From positions 68,195-132,194 of the forward strand of contig JBBKWC010000014.1 in assembly GCA_037968735.1 (NCBI GenBank): a stretch of 64,000 nt of DNA, read 5' to 3'. Below the pieces are notes generated by a model, which was not told the origin of the DNA, made no database searches, and saw only the letters and a program-made list of their open reading frames with translations. Below are positions 54,517-63,316 of this stretch, piece after piece. Each line of letters opens with the position of its first letter. The stretch's first letter is position 1. The translations under genes were made by a program, and so were the position numbers. The DNA is from Woeseiaceae bacterium (GTDB taxonomy: Bacteria > Pseudomonadota > Gammaproteobacteria > Steroidobacterales > Woeseiaceae).

Positions 54517-54982
54517 TGTTCGTCCCCTTGATGGAAGCTGCGGCTTCGCGTACGGCGTTCCGGATGCGTACGTAGGTCATACAGCGGCAAAGGTTGCCAG
54601 TCATGACAGCGTCGATGTCGTCGTCGCTCGGATCCGGGATGTCCTTCAGCAGCGCGGCTGCCTGCATGATCTGCCCCGGCTGGCAATAGCCACATTGAGG
54701 GACACGCAGGTTTCGCCAGGCCTCCTGAACCGGGTGATTGTCGTTTGGGTCGAGTCCCTCAATGGTTGTGACCTCCGTTCCTTCAACCGCCGACAATCGC
54801 GTGATGCAGGATCGGGTCGACTGGCCGCCGACGTGCACAGTGCATGCTCCGCACATACCAATTCCGCAGCCGAATTTGGTGCCAGTTAGTCCGACTTCAT
54901 CGCGGATGGCCCATAGCAGCGGAGTCTCCGGATCCGCATCGACGCTGACTTCCCGGCCGTTTATTTTTAATTTGATCATCAC
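54509..54982 (-). CDS. (2Fe-2S)-binding small subunit
   Basis: 157 aa. CGIGMCGAC and CGYCQPG...CRC cluster motifs. 8-nt overlap with the large subunit. Confidence 0.92.
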   Translation of the reverse strand: MMIKLKINGREVSVDADPETPLLWAIRDEVGLTGTKFGCGIGMCGACTVHVGGQSTRSCITRLSAVEGTEVTTIEGLDPNDNHPVQEAWRNLRVPQCGYCQPGQIMQAAALLKDIPDPSDDDIDAVMTGNLCRCMTYVRIRNAVREAAASIKGTNNV

Positions 54983-54996
54983 AGCATTCCTTAACG

Positions 54997-56298
54997 TTAA
55001 TGAGTGGTCACGTCTTCAGCGCGAATGGCTGATACTTTTCCAGGCAGATCGGTCCAGGCGGGTTTGTCCGTACGCGACATGCGCAAATACGCGGCGATTA
55101 CGGCAATTTCTTCATCACTCAGTGCAGTGCGGAATCCAGGCATTACGATACCTGGCAGTCCTTCCTCATTGCCGACGCCGTCCAGGATCACGTGGATCAA
55201 ATTGTCTGGCATCTCGAGTCGCGTAGCGGAGTTAATGCCAAGATCGGGCCGACCCAGAGCGATCTGCTGCACATTGTAATGACATGAAGCGCAAGCTGTC
55301 GCATAAAGGCGCTCGCCCTGGTCAATGCGATAGCCTTTTTTCGGCTTGCCCCGATTTAGGCTGGCCGCGACGATTGACGCGGTATTACCGGCGGCTGCCG
55401 ACGTCCCGGCGCTATCGCTCAAATAGGTACCGATTGCATCCAGGTCACGATCTGGCAGTTCCCTCAAACCGGCATGAACTACCGGACCCATGGGTCCCAC
55501 TGCAACGCCATGGTTTCGGGTGGCTCCCGACTTCAGGTACTCGCTAAATTCAGCGGCGGACCAATAAACGGCCGACGCATTCTCGGCGGTGAGAGCAGGG
55601 GCAGTCCACCGGTCGATAGCGGCCCCTGCAAATTGCTCGCTTTGTTTTTCCGCGCCCAGGGCATTGCGCGGAGTATGGCAGGCTCCGCAATGCGTCAGGC
55701 CCTCGACCAGATACGCGCCACGGTTCCATTCATCCGTTCGATCCGGATGGTTATCATAGGCGCCGAAATCAACGAACAGCAGTTTCCACCCCGCTTGCAA
55801 TACGCGTACATTCAGAGGGAACGGCAGTTCATTTTCTTTTTGCTCTGCCCGCATCGGCTCAACCTCGGTCATGAGGTACGCATAAATCGCGCCGACATCG
55901 TCTTCGCTCATCTTCGTGAAATGGTTGTAAGGGAACGCCGGAAACAGGTGGCGTCCTTCACGATCAACACCCTCGCGCATGGATCGCAAAAATGCCTCTT
56001 CAGACCAAGCGCCAATTCCAAACTCGGGATCCGGCGTGATGTTGGTGGAATACACCGTACCGAATCCGGTTTCCATTGCGTAGTTGCCTGAATATGGTGC
56101 GCCGCCCTCAGCCGTGTGACAGGTCGCGCAATACCCGGCGGCCGCCAGAACGCGGCCTTTTTCAACTGTCGCTGCATCGAAACCCGGCAATTCAACGTTG
56201 GCGATGGGTTCGATCCCTGGATGGTAGGCGTAGATCAGGAACCCCACGACAGCGACGACAATGAATCCCGTTAAAGCGACGAGAATGTTTTTCAGCAT
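54997..56298 (-). CDS. membrane-anchored tri-heme cytochrome c subunit
   Basis: 433 aa. N-terminal TM helix. Three CxxCH motifs (CATCH, CGACH, CASCH). Confidence 0.88.
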   Translation of the reverse strand: MLKNILVALTGFIVVAVVGFLIYAYHPGIEPIANVELPGFDAATVEKGRVLAAAGYCATCHTAEGGAPYSGNYAMETGFGTVYSTNITPDPEFGIGAWSEEAFLRSMREGVDREGRHLFPAFPYNHFTKMSEDDVGAIYAYLMTEVEPMRAEQKENELPFPLNVRVLQAGWKLLFVDFGAYDNHPDRTDEWNRGAYLVEGLTHCGACHTPRNALGAEKQSEQFAGAAIDRWTAPALTAENASAVYWSAAEFSEYLKSGATRNHGVAVGPMGPVVHAGLRELPDRDLDAIGTYLSDSAGTSAAAGNTASIVAASLNRGKPKKGYRIDQGERLYATACASCHYNVQQIALGRPDLGINSATRLEMPDNLIHVILDGVGNEEGLPGIVMPGFRTALSDEEIAVIAAYLRMSRTDKPAWTDLPGKVSAIRAEDVTTH

Positions 56299-56550
56299 GT
56301 TTTCCGGCCTCCATTAGCGGATCTGGAATGTCCTGAGAAGCGCAGCAGACACCATCGTATTGGTTCGATCAGCGTGCCGAGCGCCAGTGCTGACAGCGAG
56401 GTACGTGGGCGCTGGCGTTCTCATTGTATACATTTGCGTGGAGCTAGGATCGGACCTGCCGGTGTTAGCGCAGCAAGCATTGTCGACCTGACATGCAAAA
56501 GTGCTGGTAAGTCATTGTTCTCAATTCCACTTCGGAAATGTCATGCCTCG

Positions 56551-56800
56551 TTAGCAGACGATCCGGCAGCCAAGAGATATTGACACGCTTTTCTGACAAT
56601 TATGTTCCAGGCCATTGATTTCGAGTAGCGCCTCATCCCCTTTATTGCAGAACACAATCCCGTCACTGGAATATTTGGCGCCGGATGCCGCGCGTTCAAG
56701 TTGCAGCGTGTGATCTTCGCCAGCCAACGACAAGATCAGCGTACCCGGTCCAACGAAGCGGATTTCGAAAGTTCGGCCTTCGTCGCAATTGAAATGGTGC
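56551..56800 (-). pseudogene. MliC-like (C-type lysozyme inhibitor) gene lacking its 5' end
   Basis: Frame reads ..FNCDEGRTFEIRFVGPGTLILSLAGEDHTLQLERAASGAKYSSDGIVFCNKGDEALLEI..C. No start codon or signal/lipobox upstream; the upstream sequence is antisense of DUF899. Confidence 0.6.
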
Positions 56801-57320
56801 GATTGACTATCGGTTTCAAGGCAATGGCGGTGAACTGGGCATCGCCGAATTGTTCGGCGACAAAGATTCGCTGATCGTGTACAGCATGATGTATGGACCG
56901 CAGCGCAAACAGGGCTGTCCGATGTGCTCGGCGATGTTGGATAGCTGGGACGGCGAGGCTCCGCATATTGAGCAGCGGGTCGCCCTCGCGGTAGTTGCGC
57001 GCTCTCCCTATGAGCGGATAGCGAAATATGCCGAGAGCCGTGGGTGGAAACATCTCAAGTTTTTCTCCGACACTAGCGGGGATTTCACTAAGGATTATGT
57101 TGGTGAACGCGATGCCGACATGCCCGCCTTCACCGTATTCCAGCGGGATGGCGAGCGGGTCCGTCATTTTTATAGCGCCGAAGGCGGAATGCACATCGCC
57201 GATCCTGGTCAGGACCCTCATCCAGCGCCGGACTGGAATCCGCTCTGGATACTCCTGGACATGACGCCCGAGGGGCGCGGAGAAGACTGGCATCCCAAGC
57301 TCGACGATGGATCGAAATAA
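56793..57320 (+). pseudogene. DUF899 thioredoxin-like protein lacking about 50 N-terminal codons
   Basis: The frame opens after TGA 56790-56792 and reads ..DYRFQGNGGELGIAELFGDKDSLIVYSMMYGP..GCPMCS.., the middle and C-terminal DUF899 pattern. The only possible start is TTG 56850. Confidence 0.6.
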
Positions 57321-57729
57321 GGTGGTTGTGCGCCCGACCCGCTGACGTTGGACTTTCTCCGGATGTTGGCGAACACCGACGCCGTGGTAAGTCAGCAACA
57401 AATACGTTGGAACGGGCATTATCCAAACGGACACCTGTGGCGTTCGCGCCAGTCCTGATTAGTTCCGTGAACTGCTGTCGGATAACGGCGACGGGTAAAG
57501 CGCTGTTAATCACCACTTTGCTGAATGTCAATCCGTTGCCGTCGCCGCAACCCAACACAAAACCGGCGCTGCATTCGCTCGCCTGACGGTGTTTTGTGGG
57601 AACGCCTTGTGGCGTAAGGCATGGCACAACTCTTGCTATCTCAATGGTGCACGATCCAGAAATAATGAAAGAACACTTTAGAGCTTTCTCAGGAGGAAAA
57701 CGATGAAGAGCGTAACGACGATATAAACG

Positions 57730-57927
57730 ATGTTTGTACTCGCAATGGGGGCACCCGTACTGGCGCAAAACGAGGCACCCAGTTTCGAGGAACTGGATGT
57801 CAATGAGGACGGCCAGATCAGTCGAACCGAAGCGCAAGTCGACGAACGAGTGGCTGCCGTGTTTGAAGCTGCAGATCAAAACGGCGATGGCGCACTAAGT
57901 GCTGCCGAATACGCAGCGCTGTCCTGA
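57730..57927 (+). CDS. EF-hand calcium-binding protein (two EF loops), 5' region interrupted
   Basis: DVNEDGQISRTE and DQNGDGALSAAE loops. An upstream in-frame ATG 57703 with AGGAGG RBS is followed by TAA at 57724-57726. Confidence 0.6.
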   Translation: MFVLAMGAPVLAQNEAPSFEELDVNEDGQISRTEAQVDERVAAVFEAADQNGDGALSAAEYAALS

Positions 57928-57961
57928 TAGTCCCCCAACGTCGGCAGGGATGCCGGTATCC

Positions 57962-58003
57962 GAGAGCTCAGGGTCGTTCAGGCGGCCCTGGGCTCTCATT
58001 TTT
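57962..58003 (+). terminator. Rho-independent terminator after the EF-hand gene
   Basis: 15-bp stem GAGAGCTCAGGGTCG / CGGCCCTGGGCTCTC (two G-U pairs), loop TTCAGG, then ATTTTT. Confidence 0.7.
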
Positions 58004-58036
58004 CCGGACAGGCTGTGGTGAAATGCAGATTAAGTC

Positions 58037-58756
58037 TCAGTCCGACAAGTAGTATTCAATCGTCGACACTACGCGCACGTTCTTGATGTGCGGATTATTT
58101 TTATCGCGATCACTGATACTGAATTGTCCCTGACTGGCACGTTTGATCTTGCCGAGAGTGCTGTCGGAATCTGCAGCAAACTTTTCCGCGACTTCTCGCG
58201 CGTTCTTCGTGGCCTCCGCAATCATTTCCGGTTTTACGTCATTCAGTGTCGAAAAAAGATACTCGGTCTGTGACTCGTATGAGTTACCAGCGATGACGAT
58301 GCCCTGCTTGCCGAGTTCGGACAATGAACTCTGCAGCGCCATAACTTCCGGAACCTTAGTCGAATAAACCGTCACTGTCTGCACCGCGGTATAGCGAAAT
58401 TCCGCCTGTGGTCCACCGCCATACTGTTGCGCCGATTTGTCTGTAATTGACGGCGCCGATGCGGTGATCTCGCTCGCCTCAATACCCCGTTCTTCCAAAT
58501 ACCGGCGAATGCTGTCCGCGTTCGCTTCAACATTGATGTAAAGTTCCTCGAGATTATTGCTCGCTGCTGTGAACTGGATCGGCCAGATGACGGTGTCGGC
58601 CGTGTACTCGCGCTCGGAAAGTCCTTTAACGACGACGCTGCGCTCAAATTCCTTGATCTGTAGCGCTGCATTGCTGACCAGCCAGCCAAGTCCGAGCAAT
58701 CCGGCAAGCAGCGACAAGCCGAGGACGGCACCACTTACATTGGCTCTCTCCGGCAC
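58037..58756 (-). CDS. SIMPL (DUF541) domain periplasmic protein
   Basis: 239 aa. N-terminal anchor/signal. C-terminal GKIKRASQGQFSISDRD...VVSTIEYYL, typical of SIMPL. Confidence 0.85.
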   Translation of the reverse strand: MPERANVSGAVLGLSLLAGLLGLGWLVSNAALQIKEFERSVVVKGLSEREYTADTVIWPIQFTAASNNLEELYINVEANADSIRRYLEERGIEASEITASAPSITDKSAQQYGGGPQAEFRYTAVQTVTVYSTKVPEVMALQSSLSELGKQGIVIAGNSYESQTEYLFSTLNDVKPEMIAEATKNAREVAEKFAADSDSTLGKIKRASQGQFSISDRDKNNPHIKNVRVVSTIEYYLSD

Positions 58757-58855
58757 GACTAATCTCCTTAAGCTGCGACGTTATTTGGAAACCTGATCCT
58801 GACGAAAGCAATCAGAAACAGATTGCGCCTGAATACACTTCACAACATGGTTTTT

Positions 58856-59125
58856 TCAGGGCGTGAATCTCGACTCTTCCAAAGGCTCGCCCTCGTTCGC
58901 CTCTGCCAGCAAACGCCGCACCACCGTTCGGACAACACCGACGGTGACGCTGGCTGCCACAGACCATAGCAACGCGTGCGACCAAGTGACCCCGTGGTCT
59001 GCCGGATTCTTGGGTGGCGCTGCGCCGGTAGCTTCTTCCCATGCCTCGCCCACAGCCTCCCTCGTTGCGATAGTGGCGCCGATTAGGCAGCCCGCTACAA
59101 TCAGTTTTCTGCTCACAGATGACAT
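58856..59125 (-). CDS. DUF4235-like small membrane protein
   Basis: 89 aa: KLIVAGCLIGATIATREAVGEAWE...WSHALLWSVAASVTVGVVRTVVRR. Confidence 0.7.
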   Translation of the reverse strand: MSSVSRKLIVAGCLIGATIATREAVGEAWEEATGAAPPKNPADHGVTWSHALLWSVAASVTVGVVRTVVRRLLAEANEGEPLEESRFTP

Positions 59126-59517
59126 ACCTATATTTCCCCTTGCTTATGATCGACAATTCTTTAGCGTTAGTGCCCCGATAGACCGCACGCAGTGCAACGT
59201 CGTTCGACACCTCAGGCAAGACTTTGCAAGAACTATACCAGCGTCTCCGATACGTAATCGAGATGCCGACAGCGCAATTCCGGGAGGCAATCTAGCCGCA
59301 GCCATGTGGCCAACGGAAGGAATTGCATTGCTTTGTAAATACAGCGAGAAGGTCGACCTGTCCCGCCGTAATCTCGCGGATAATACTGCACGTCTGACGT
59401 GGTACAGAACTTGCAACAATGTTACTGCGACGCGGCGACACCGTGTGTATCCGCTTAAAAGGTTTCGGGCGAGTGGAATAATGAAGCCGTCGTTCACTTA
59501 ATCAGAGGAGATATAAA

Positions 59518-59694
59518 ATGTCAGGAATGAAAGACAAAGTTAAAGGTACAGCTCAGCAGGTTGGCGGAAAGATCAAGGAAGAGACGGGCGACGCCCTGGA
59601 CAACCATGAGATGGAAGCTGAAGGCAAAGCAAAGAAGGCTGAAGGTAAGGCTCGCGAAGCCAGAGGCAAAGTTAAAGACGCTCTTGACCGCTAG
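59518..59694 (+). CDS. CsbD-family stress protein
   Basis: 58 aa, below the ORF-track cutoff: MSGMKDKVKGTAQQVGGKIKEETGDALDNHEMEAEGKAKKAEGKAREARGKVKDALDR. RBS AGAGGAG 7 nt upstream. Confidence 0.85.
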   Translation: MSGMKDKVKGTAQQVGGKIKEETGDALDNHEMEAEGKAKKAEGKAREARGKVKDALDR

Positions 59695-59722
59695 GTTCAA
59701 GAGTTACTGACTGAATGGCAGG

Positions 59723-59756
59723 ACGCGGCCGGGATTTTCCCGGCCGTGTTTGCGTT
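59723..59756. terminator. hairpin between convergent csbD and the membrane-protein gene
   Basis: CGGCCGGG-ATTTT-CCCGGCCG, extendable to 11 bp, followed by TTTGCGTT on the plus strand. Confidence 0.55.
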
Positions 59757-59763
59757 CAGGCAT

Positions 59764-60084
59764 TCAAAAAAGTTTGCCGAACAAATCGCGCACTGCGCTG
59801 GAGTTAATCAGTGCCAGTATGCCGAAAAACATCAGGACGGGTAGCAGCGCGAGCCCGGACAGATAGGTGAGCGCTGCAACGTCACTTCGGTCTCGCTTCG
59901 CCCTCCCCCACAGGATCATCACCAACGGGATGCCGATCAGTCCCCAGGTCAGCGCCAGCCGCCCCCCCAGTTCCGCGTCCACTAAAAAATAGTAAACGCC
60001 TATCGCCAGCGCGCCGGCGATCAGATAGAACAGGGAAAAACGCAATAGCGGCGAAGGCGTTTGCTTCGCATCGTCGGCAGTCAT
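59764..60084 (-). CDS. small membrane protein (unknown function)
   Basis: 106 aa, three or four hydrophobic helices. Confidence 0.55.
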   Translation of the reverse strand: MTADDAKQTPSPLLRFSLFYLIAGALAIGVYYFLVDAELGGRLALTWGLIGIPLVMILWGRAKRDRSDVAALTYLSGLALLPVLMFFGILALINSSAVRDLFGKLF

Positions 60085-60125
60085 GTGTACCCTGGGTCGG
60101 CCCCTGAGTGGCGATTATTGTCTAT

Positions 60126-60896
60126 CTAGCGGGAGCCCGCAAAGCTGCCACGATCGAGGAAGGCGAGCGTGGCCCTGATGACGGTGCCACTGTTCATGAT
60201 GTCGTGATGATTGGCGCCGACGATCATGAAATCGTCCATCCCTTCAACCCGGGTACTTTCGACACCCACCTTGCCATCGTCGTAGTCCGGCAGCATGGCG
60301 GACATCAGCGGGTTGATGGATCCGACCCCTGCTATGACTCCCAGTTCGAAATCTACCGGGCCGAGCTGTGCGGGGATGCTATCGGCGTCTGTGCCTAGCT
60401 GCATACCCGCCGCACCGGAGAGCCAACGCACACCAGGCCAGGTTCGGGTGCGATCTATCACCTCACTGCCCTGATTCGGCGGTCCGAGCATGACGACCCG
60501 TCCGAGATCGTCTATCGGCGACTGTTCCTGCCGGTAGCGCAAGAGAATGCCCCCCAGCGAGTGGGTAACAAAATGTACCCGTTCTGCGCCGGCGCGATGG
60601 CATTCCTCGACGCCGGTGTCGACCGCCATGGGCGCGAGGCCCTCGACGGTAGCGGACTGCGATGGGTAATCGACGTTGGCGGTCGAATAGCCTTCTGCCT
60701 GCAACGCTTTCGCCATTTTGTCCATCGCCCGCCAGCTTCGGTTCAAGCCATGCAGAAGAACAACGCAGTCTGCGGGCTGACTGCCGGCTACAAGCTCGGC
60801 ACGGGGCATCGCGGCACAACCTGCGACACCGGCCAGCAGCAGGCCACATAGCGGCGCTGAGGACAGGGTCGCGCGGATTTTTTTGCTCGGGATCAC
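60126..60896 (-). CDS. alpha/beta-hydrolase lipoprotein (esterase/lipase-like)
   Basis: ORF to 60935 (TTG). GTG 60896 gives the lipoprotein signal IPSKKIRATLSSAPLCGLLLAGVAGC. HGL oxyanion region, nucleophile elbow THSLGG. Confidence 0.75.
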   Translation of the reverse strand: MIPSKKIRATLSSAPLCGLLLAGVAGCAAMPRAELVAGSQPADCVVLLHGLNRSWRAMDKMAKALQAEGYSTANVDYPSQSATVEGLAPMAVDTGVEECHRAGAERVHFVTHSLGGILLRYRQEQSPIDDLGRVVMLGPPNQGSEVIDRTRTWPGVRWLSGAAGMQLGTDADSIPAQLGPVDFELGVIAGVGSINPLMSAMLPDYDDGKVGVESTRVEGMDDFMIVGANHHDIMNSGTVIRATLAFLDRGSFAGSR

Positions 60897-60963
60897 GCGA
60901 CAGTATGACCAATCCGGAGGAAAAATGATCCCCAAGAATTGTGTGGACGCAGGAGTCGCCGAG

Positions 60964-62151
60964 TCAAAGCTCGCGTAACGCGGTAGTTACGGGAATTCGA
61001 ACGGCTCGGATGGCCGGAAAAAGCCCACCGATTAATCCGATGATGACTGCAGCGACAAGTCCCTGCATGAGTAACTCCCCGGATACCGCGAAATCGAAGA
61101 CAACCTGACTAAAACTGGCCGCATTCAAGGTTGAGACCGTGTAGCCGTTCAGAAACAGCCAGGCCAGGCCGCCGCCCAGCAGGCCGCCGATAATGGCAAG
61201 CACCCCCGATTCGACCACGACGGAAACGAGAATCGACAGCGGTCGAAAGCCTATCGCCCGCAATGTCGCAATTTCTTTGGCCCGCGCGGAAATGGATGAG
61301 TACATCGTGTTCAGTGCACCGAAGACGGCGCCTATGGCCATGAGGATGGTCAGTGGATAGCCGATATAGCTGATCAGATTGGTCATCGCTTCTGATTGCT
61401 GGGAATAAAATTCACGCTCGTTGACCACGTCGACGTCCAGGCGAGGATCAGCATCCAATGCTGCTCGCAGATCTGCTATTGCGGCGGGCGACTGCAGCTT
61501 TGCGCGAACCGTCTGGTAGGTATTTCCACGCCGGTAGGCGGCCTGTATTACGCGGACGTCGGCCCACAGCTCAGACTCGGAGACGCTGCCGTTGTCCTCG
61601 AACGCGCCGACCACGGTCCATTCGGTGACGCCGAACGGAATGCGGTCGCCCACTTCCAGACCCTTGAATTGTCGTTGCGCGCTCCTGCCTGCAACGAGTT
61701 CGTTCTTGCCGGTTTCAAACGTCCGGCCTTCCACGATACTTAGATTGTCGCGAATGCCAAACGCGCCCAGTTGAACGCCTCGCAGTGGAACGTTGGCGGG
61801 CTCGTTCGTCGACTTCTTGTCTACGTCAACTACAACATACAGCTCCCCTGACACCTCCGGTCCGCTTGCACCACTTCGAACACCCGGCGAGGTGCTGATG
61901 ATCTGAATTTGCTCATTGGACACGGCGCTCGCCATCTCGCCCGTTGCGCCCGCCCGCAGGATGACGGCGGTATCTTCAGCACCAGCGGCTACCATCGTTT
62001 TTTTGAAGCCGTTAGCCATTGAAAGTACGCCGGCAAAGACGCCGACAACAGCCGCGACGCCGAAGATTGCGACAACGGAAGCGCCGAGACGCTGCGGAAT
62101 ATTCCGCAGGTTGAGGGCGGTGACCGCAAATATCTGTTGTAGCCAGGACAT
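60964..62151 (-). CDS. ABC transporter permease (FtsX/MacB type)
   Basis: ORF to 62184. ATG 62151 is preceded by GAGGA. N-terminal TM, large periplasmic loop, three C-terminal TMs with the FtsX-type pattern (LRAIGF). Confidence 0.85.
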   Translation of the reverse strand: MSWLQQIFAVTALNLRNIPQRLGASVVAIFGVAAVVGVFAGVLSMANGFKKTMVAAGAEDTAVILRAGATGEMASAVSNEQIQIISTSPGVRSGASGPEVSGELYVVVDVDKKSTNEPANVPLRGVQLGAFGIRDNLSIVEGRTFETGKNELVAGRSAQRQFKGLEVGDRIPFGVTEWTVVGAFEDNGSVSESELWADVRVIQAAYRRGNTYQTVRAKLQSPAAIADLRAALDADPRLDVDVVNEREFYSQQSEAMTNLISYIGYPLTILMAIGAVFGALNTMYSSISARAKEIATLRAIGFRPLSILVSVVVESGVLAIIGGLLGGGLAWLFLNGYTVSTLNAASFSQVVFDFAVSGELLMQGLVAAVIIGLIGGLFPAIRAVRIPVTTALREL

Positions 62152-62161
62152 CGGGGGTTCC

Positions 62162-63316
62162 TCAGACGCGTGCGAGCGCGTCAATAATGGTCAGTCGCAT
62201 TGCTCGTAACGCGGGGAATATTCCTGCAGCGATGCCGGCTAGTACGATGTAGCCGAGGCCGGTCAGAAGCGCGGCTACATCGAGATAGAATCCTGGCAGG
62301 GGAATGAAAGACGGGCCAGCTACATTGGCGATAAACCACGCTGCGAGTAAGCCAAGGGTGCCGCCGAGCAACATGACGAAAGTAGACTCGGCCAGCACGA
62401 TGCCCAATACACTACGATCTTCGAAACCAAGCGTTTTCAGTACCGCCAGTTCCGGGATTCGTTCACGCACCGATTGGGCCATGGTGTTGCCGGCCACCAG
62501 CAGGATGGTAAAAAAGACAGCGGTAAGAATCAGCGTGATGATCAGGGCAATATTTCCATATTGCCCGATGAAAGATTCTGCAAACGCCGCTTCCGTGACC
62601 GTCTTCGTCTGGTTCGGTGAGTTCGCAAACTGCGTATCGATCTGATTGGAAATACTGGCCGCACCACCGGCACTGTCAATGCTGAGGACAAACCAGCCCA
62701 TGGTGCCCTGCCCGAATGCCCTGCCCTCGTCGAAGTAATCGTACTGGATCAGAATGAACTGGGTGTTTCCGCGCGGATCGTCGTTATCAAAGATGCCGGT
62801 CACCTCAAAGTCCCATACCTGGCCGCCGTCCTTGTTCGTCCAAATTGACGAATAAAGCGGTATTCGATCGCCAATCGACCAGCCATAGGTTTCGACCAAA
62901 TCACGGCCGACAACGATGCCGTCACGCGTGCGCTGCCATTTTTCACGTTGGTCTGCCGGCAGTTTCAGCTCTGGATATATTGCAAGGTAAGTCTCCGGAT
63001 CGACCGGGAACTGCGCGAACTGGTTACGAGGGTCCTGAAAGTAGCCGCCGAACCAGTCGGCGTGGGTCACTTCCGTAACCCCTGGAATGGCGCGTATCCT
63101 CGTTAAATAGGCGGATGGCAATGCATTGATAATGGAAACTTTATCCAGCGTAATTAAACGTTGCGCACTCGCCACGTCAGTCGCGCCATCAAATACCTGA
63201 TTCAGCGCGCTGAGGAGGCCAAACAGCAGGAATGCGACGAACACGGACATCATGGTTAACAGCGTTCTGATTTTCTTGCGCCACAAACTTTTCCACACCA
63301 GGTAAAAGTACTTCAC
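62162..63316 (-). CDS. ABC transporter permease (FtsX/MacB type)
   Basis: 384 aa, same architecture (LKTLGF). Overlaps the ATPase stop by 4 nt. Confidence 0.85.
   Translation of the reverse strand: MKYFYLVWKSLWRKKIRTLLTMMSVFVAFLLFGLLSALNQVFDGATDVASAQRLITLDKVSIINALPSAYLTRIRAIPGVTEVTHADWFGGYFQDPRNQFAQFPVDPETYLAIYPELKLPADQREKWQRTRDGIVVGRDLVETYGWSIGDRIPLYSSIWTNKDGGQVWDFEVTGIFDNDDPRGNTQFILIQYDYFDEGRAFGQGTMGWFVLSIDSAGGAASISNQIDTQFANSPNQTKTVTEAAFAESFIGQYGNIALIITLILTAVFFTILLVAGNTMAQSVRERIPELAVLKTLGFEDRSVLGIVLAESTFVMLLGGTLGLLAAWFIANVAGPSFIPLPGFYLDVAALLTGLGYIVLAGIAAGIFPALRAMRLTIIDALARV

Noticed and set aside
56736-57879. Minus-strand ORFs of 232 aa (56736..57434) and 249 aa (57130..57879).
   Set aside because: They are antisense to the DUF899 and EF-hand frames, which carry clear family motifs. 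They have no start context or recognisable domains. The stretch CSAGFVLGCGDGNGLTFSKVVINSALPVAVIRQQF (about 57.45-57.56 kb) looks protein-like, but I could not assign it.
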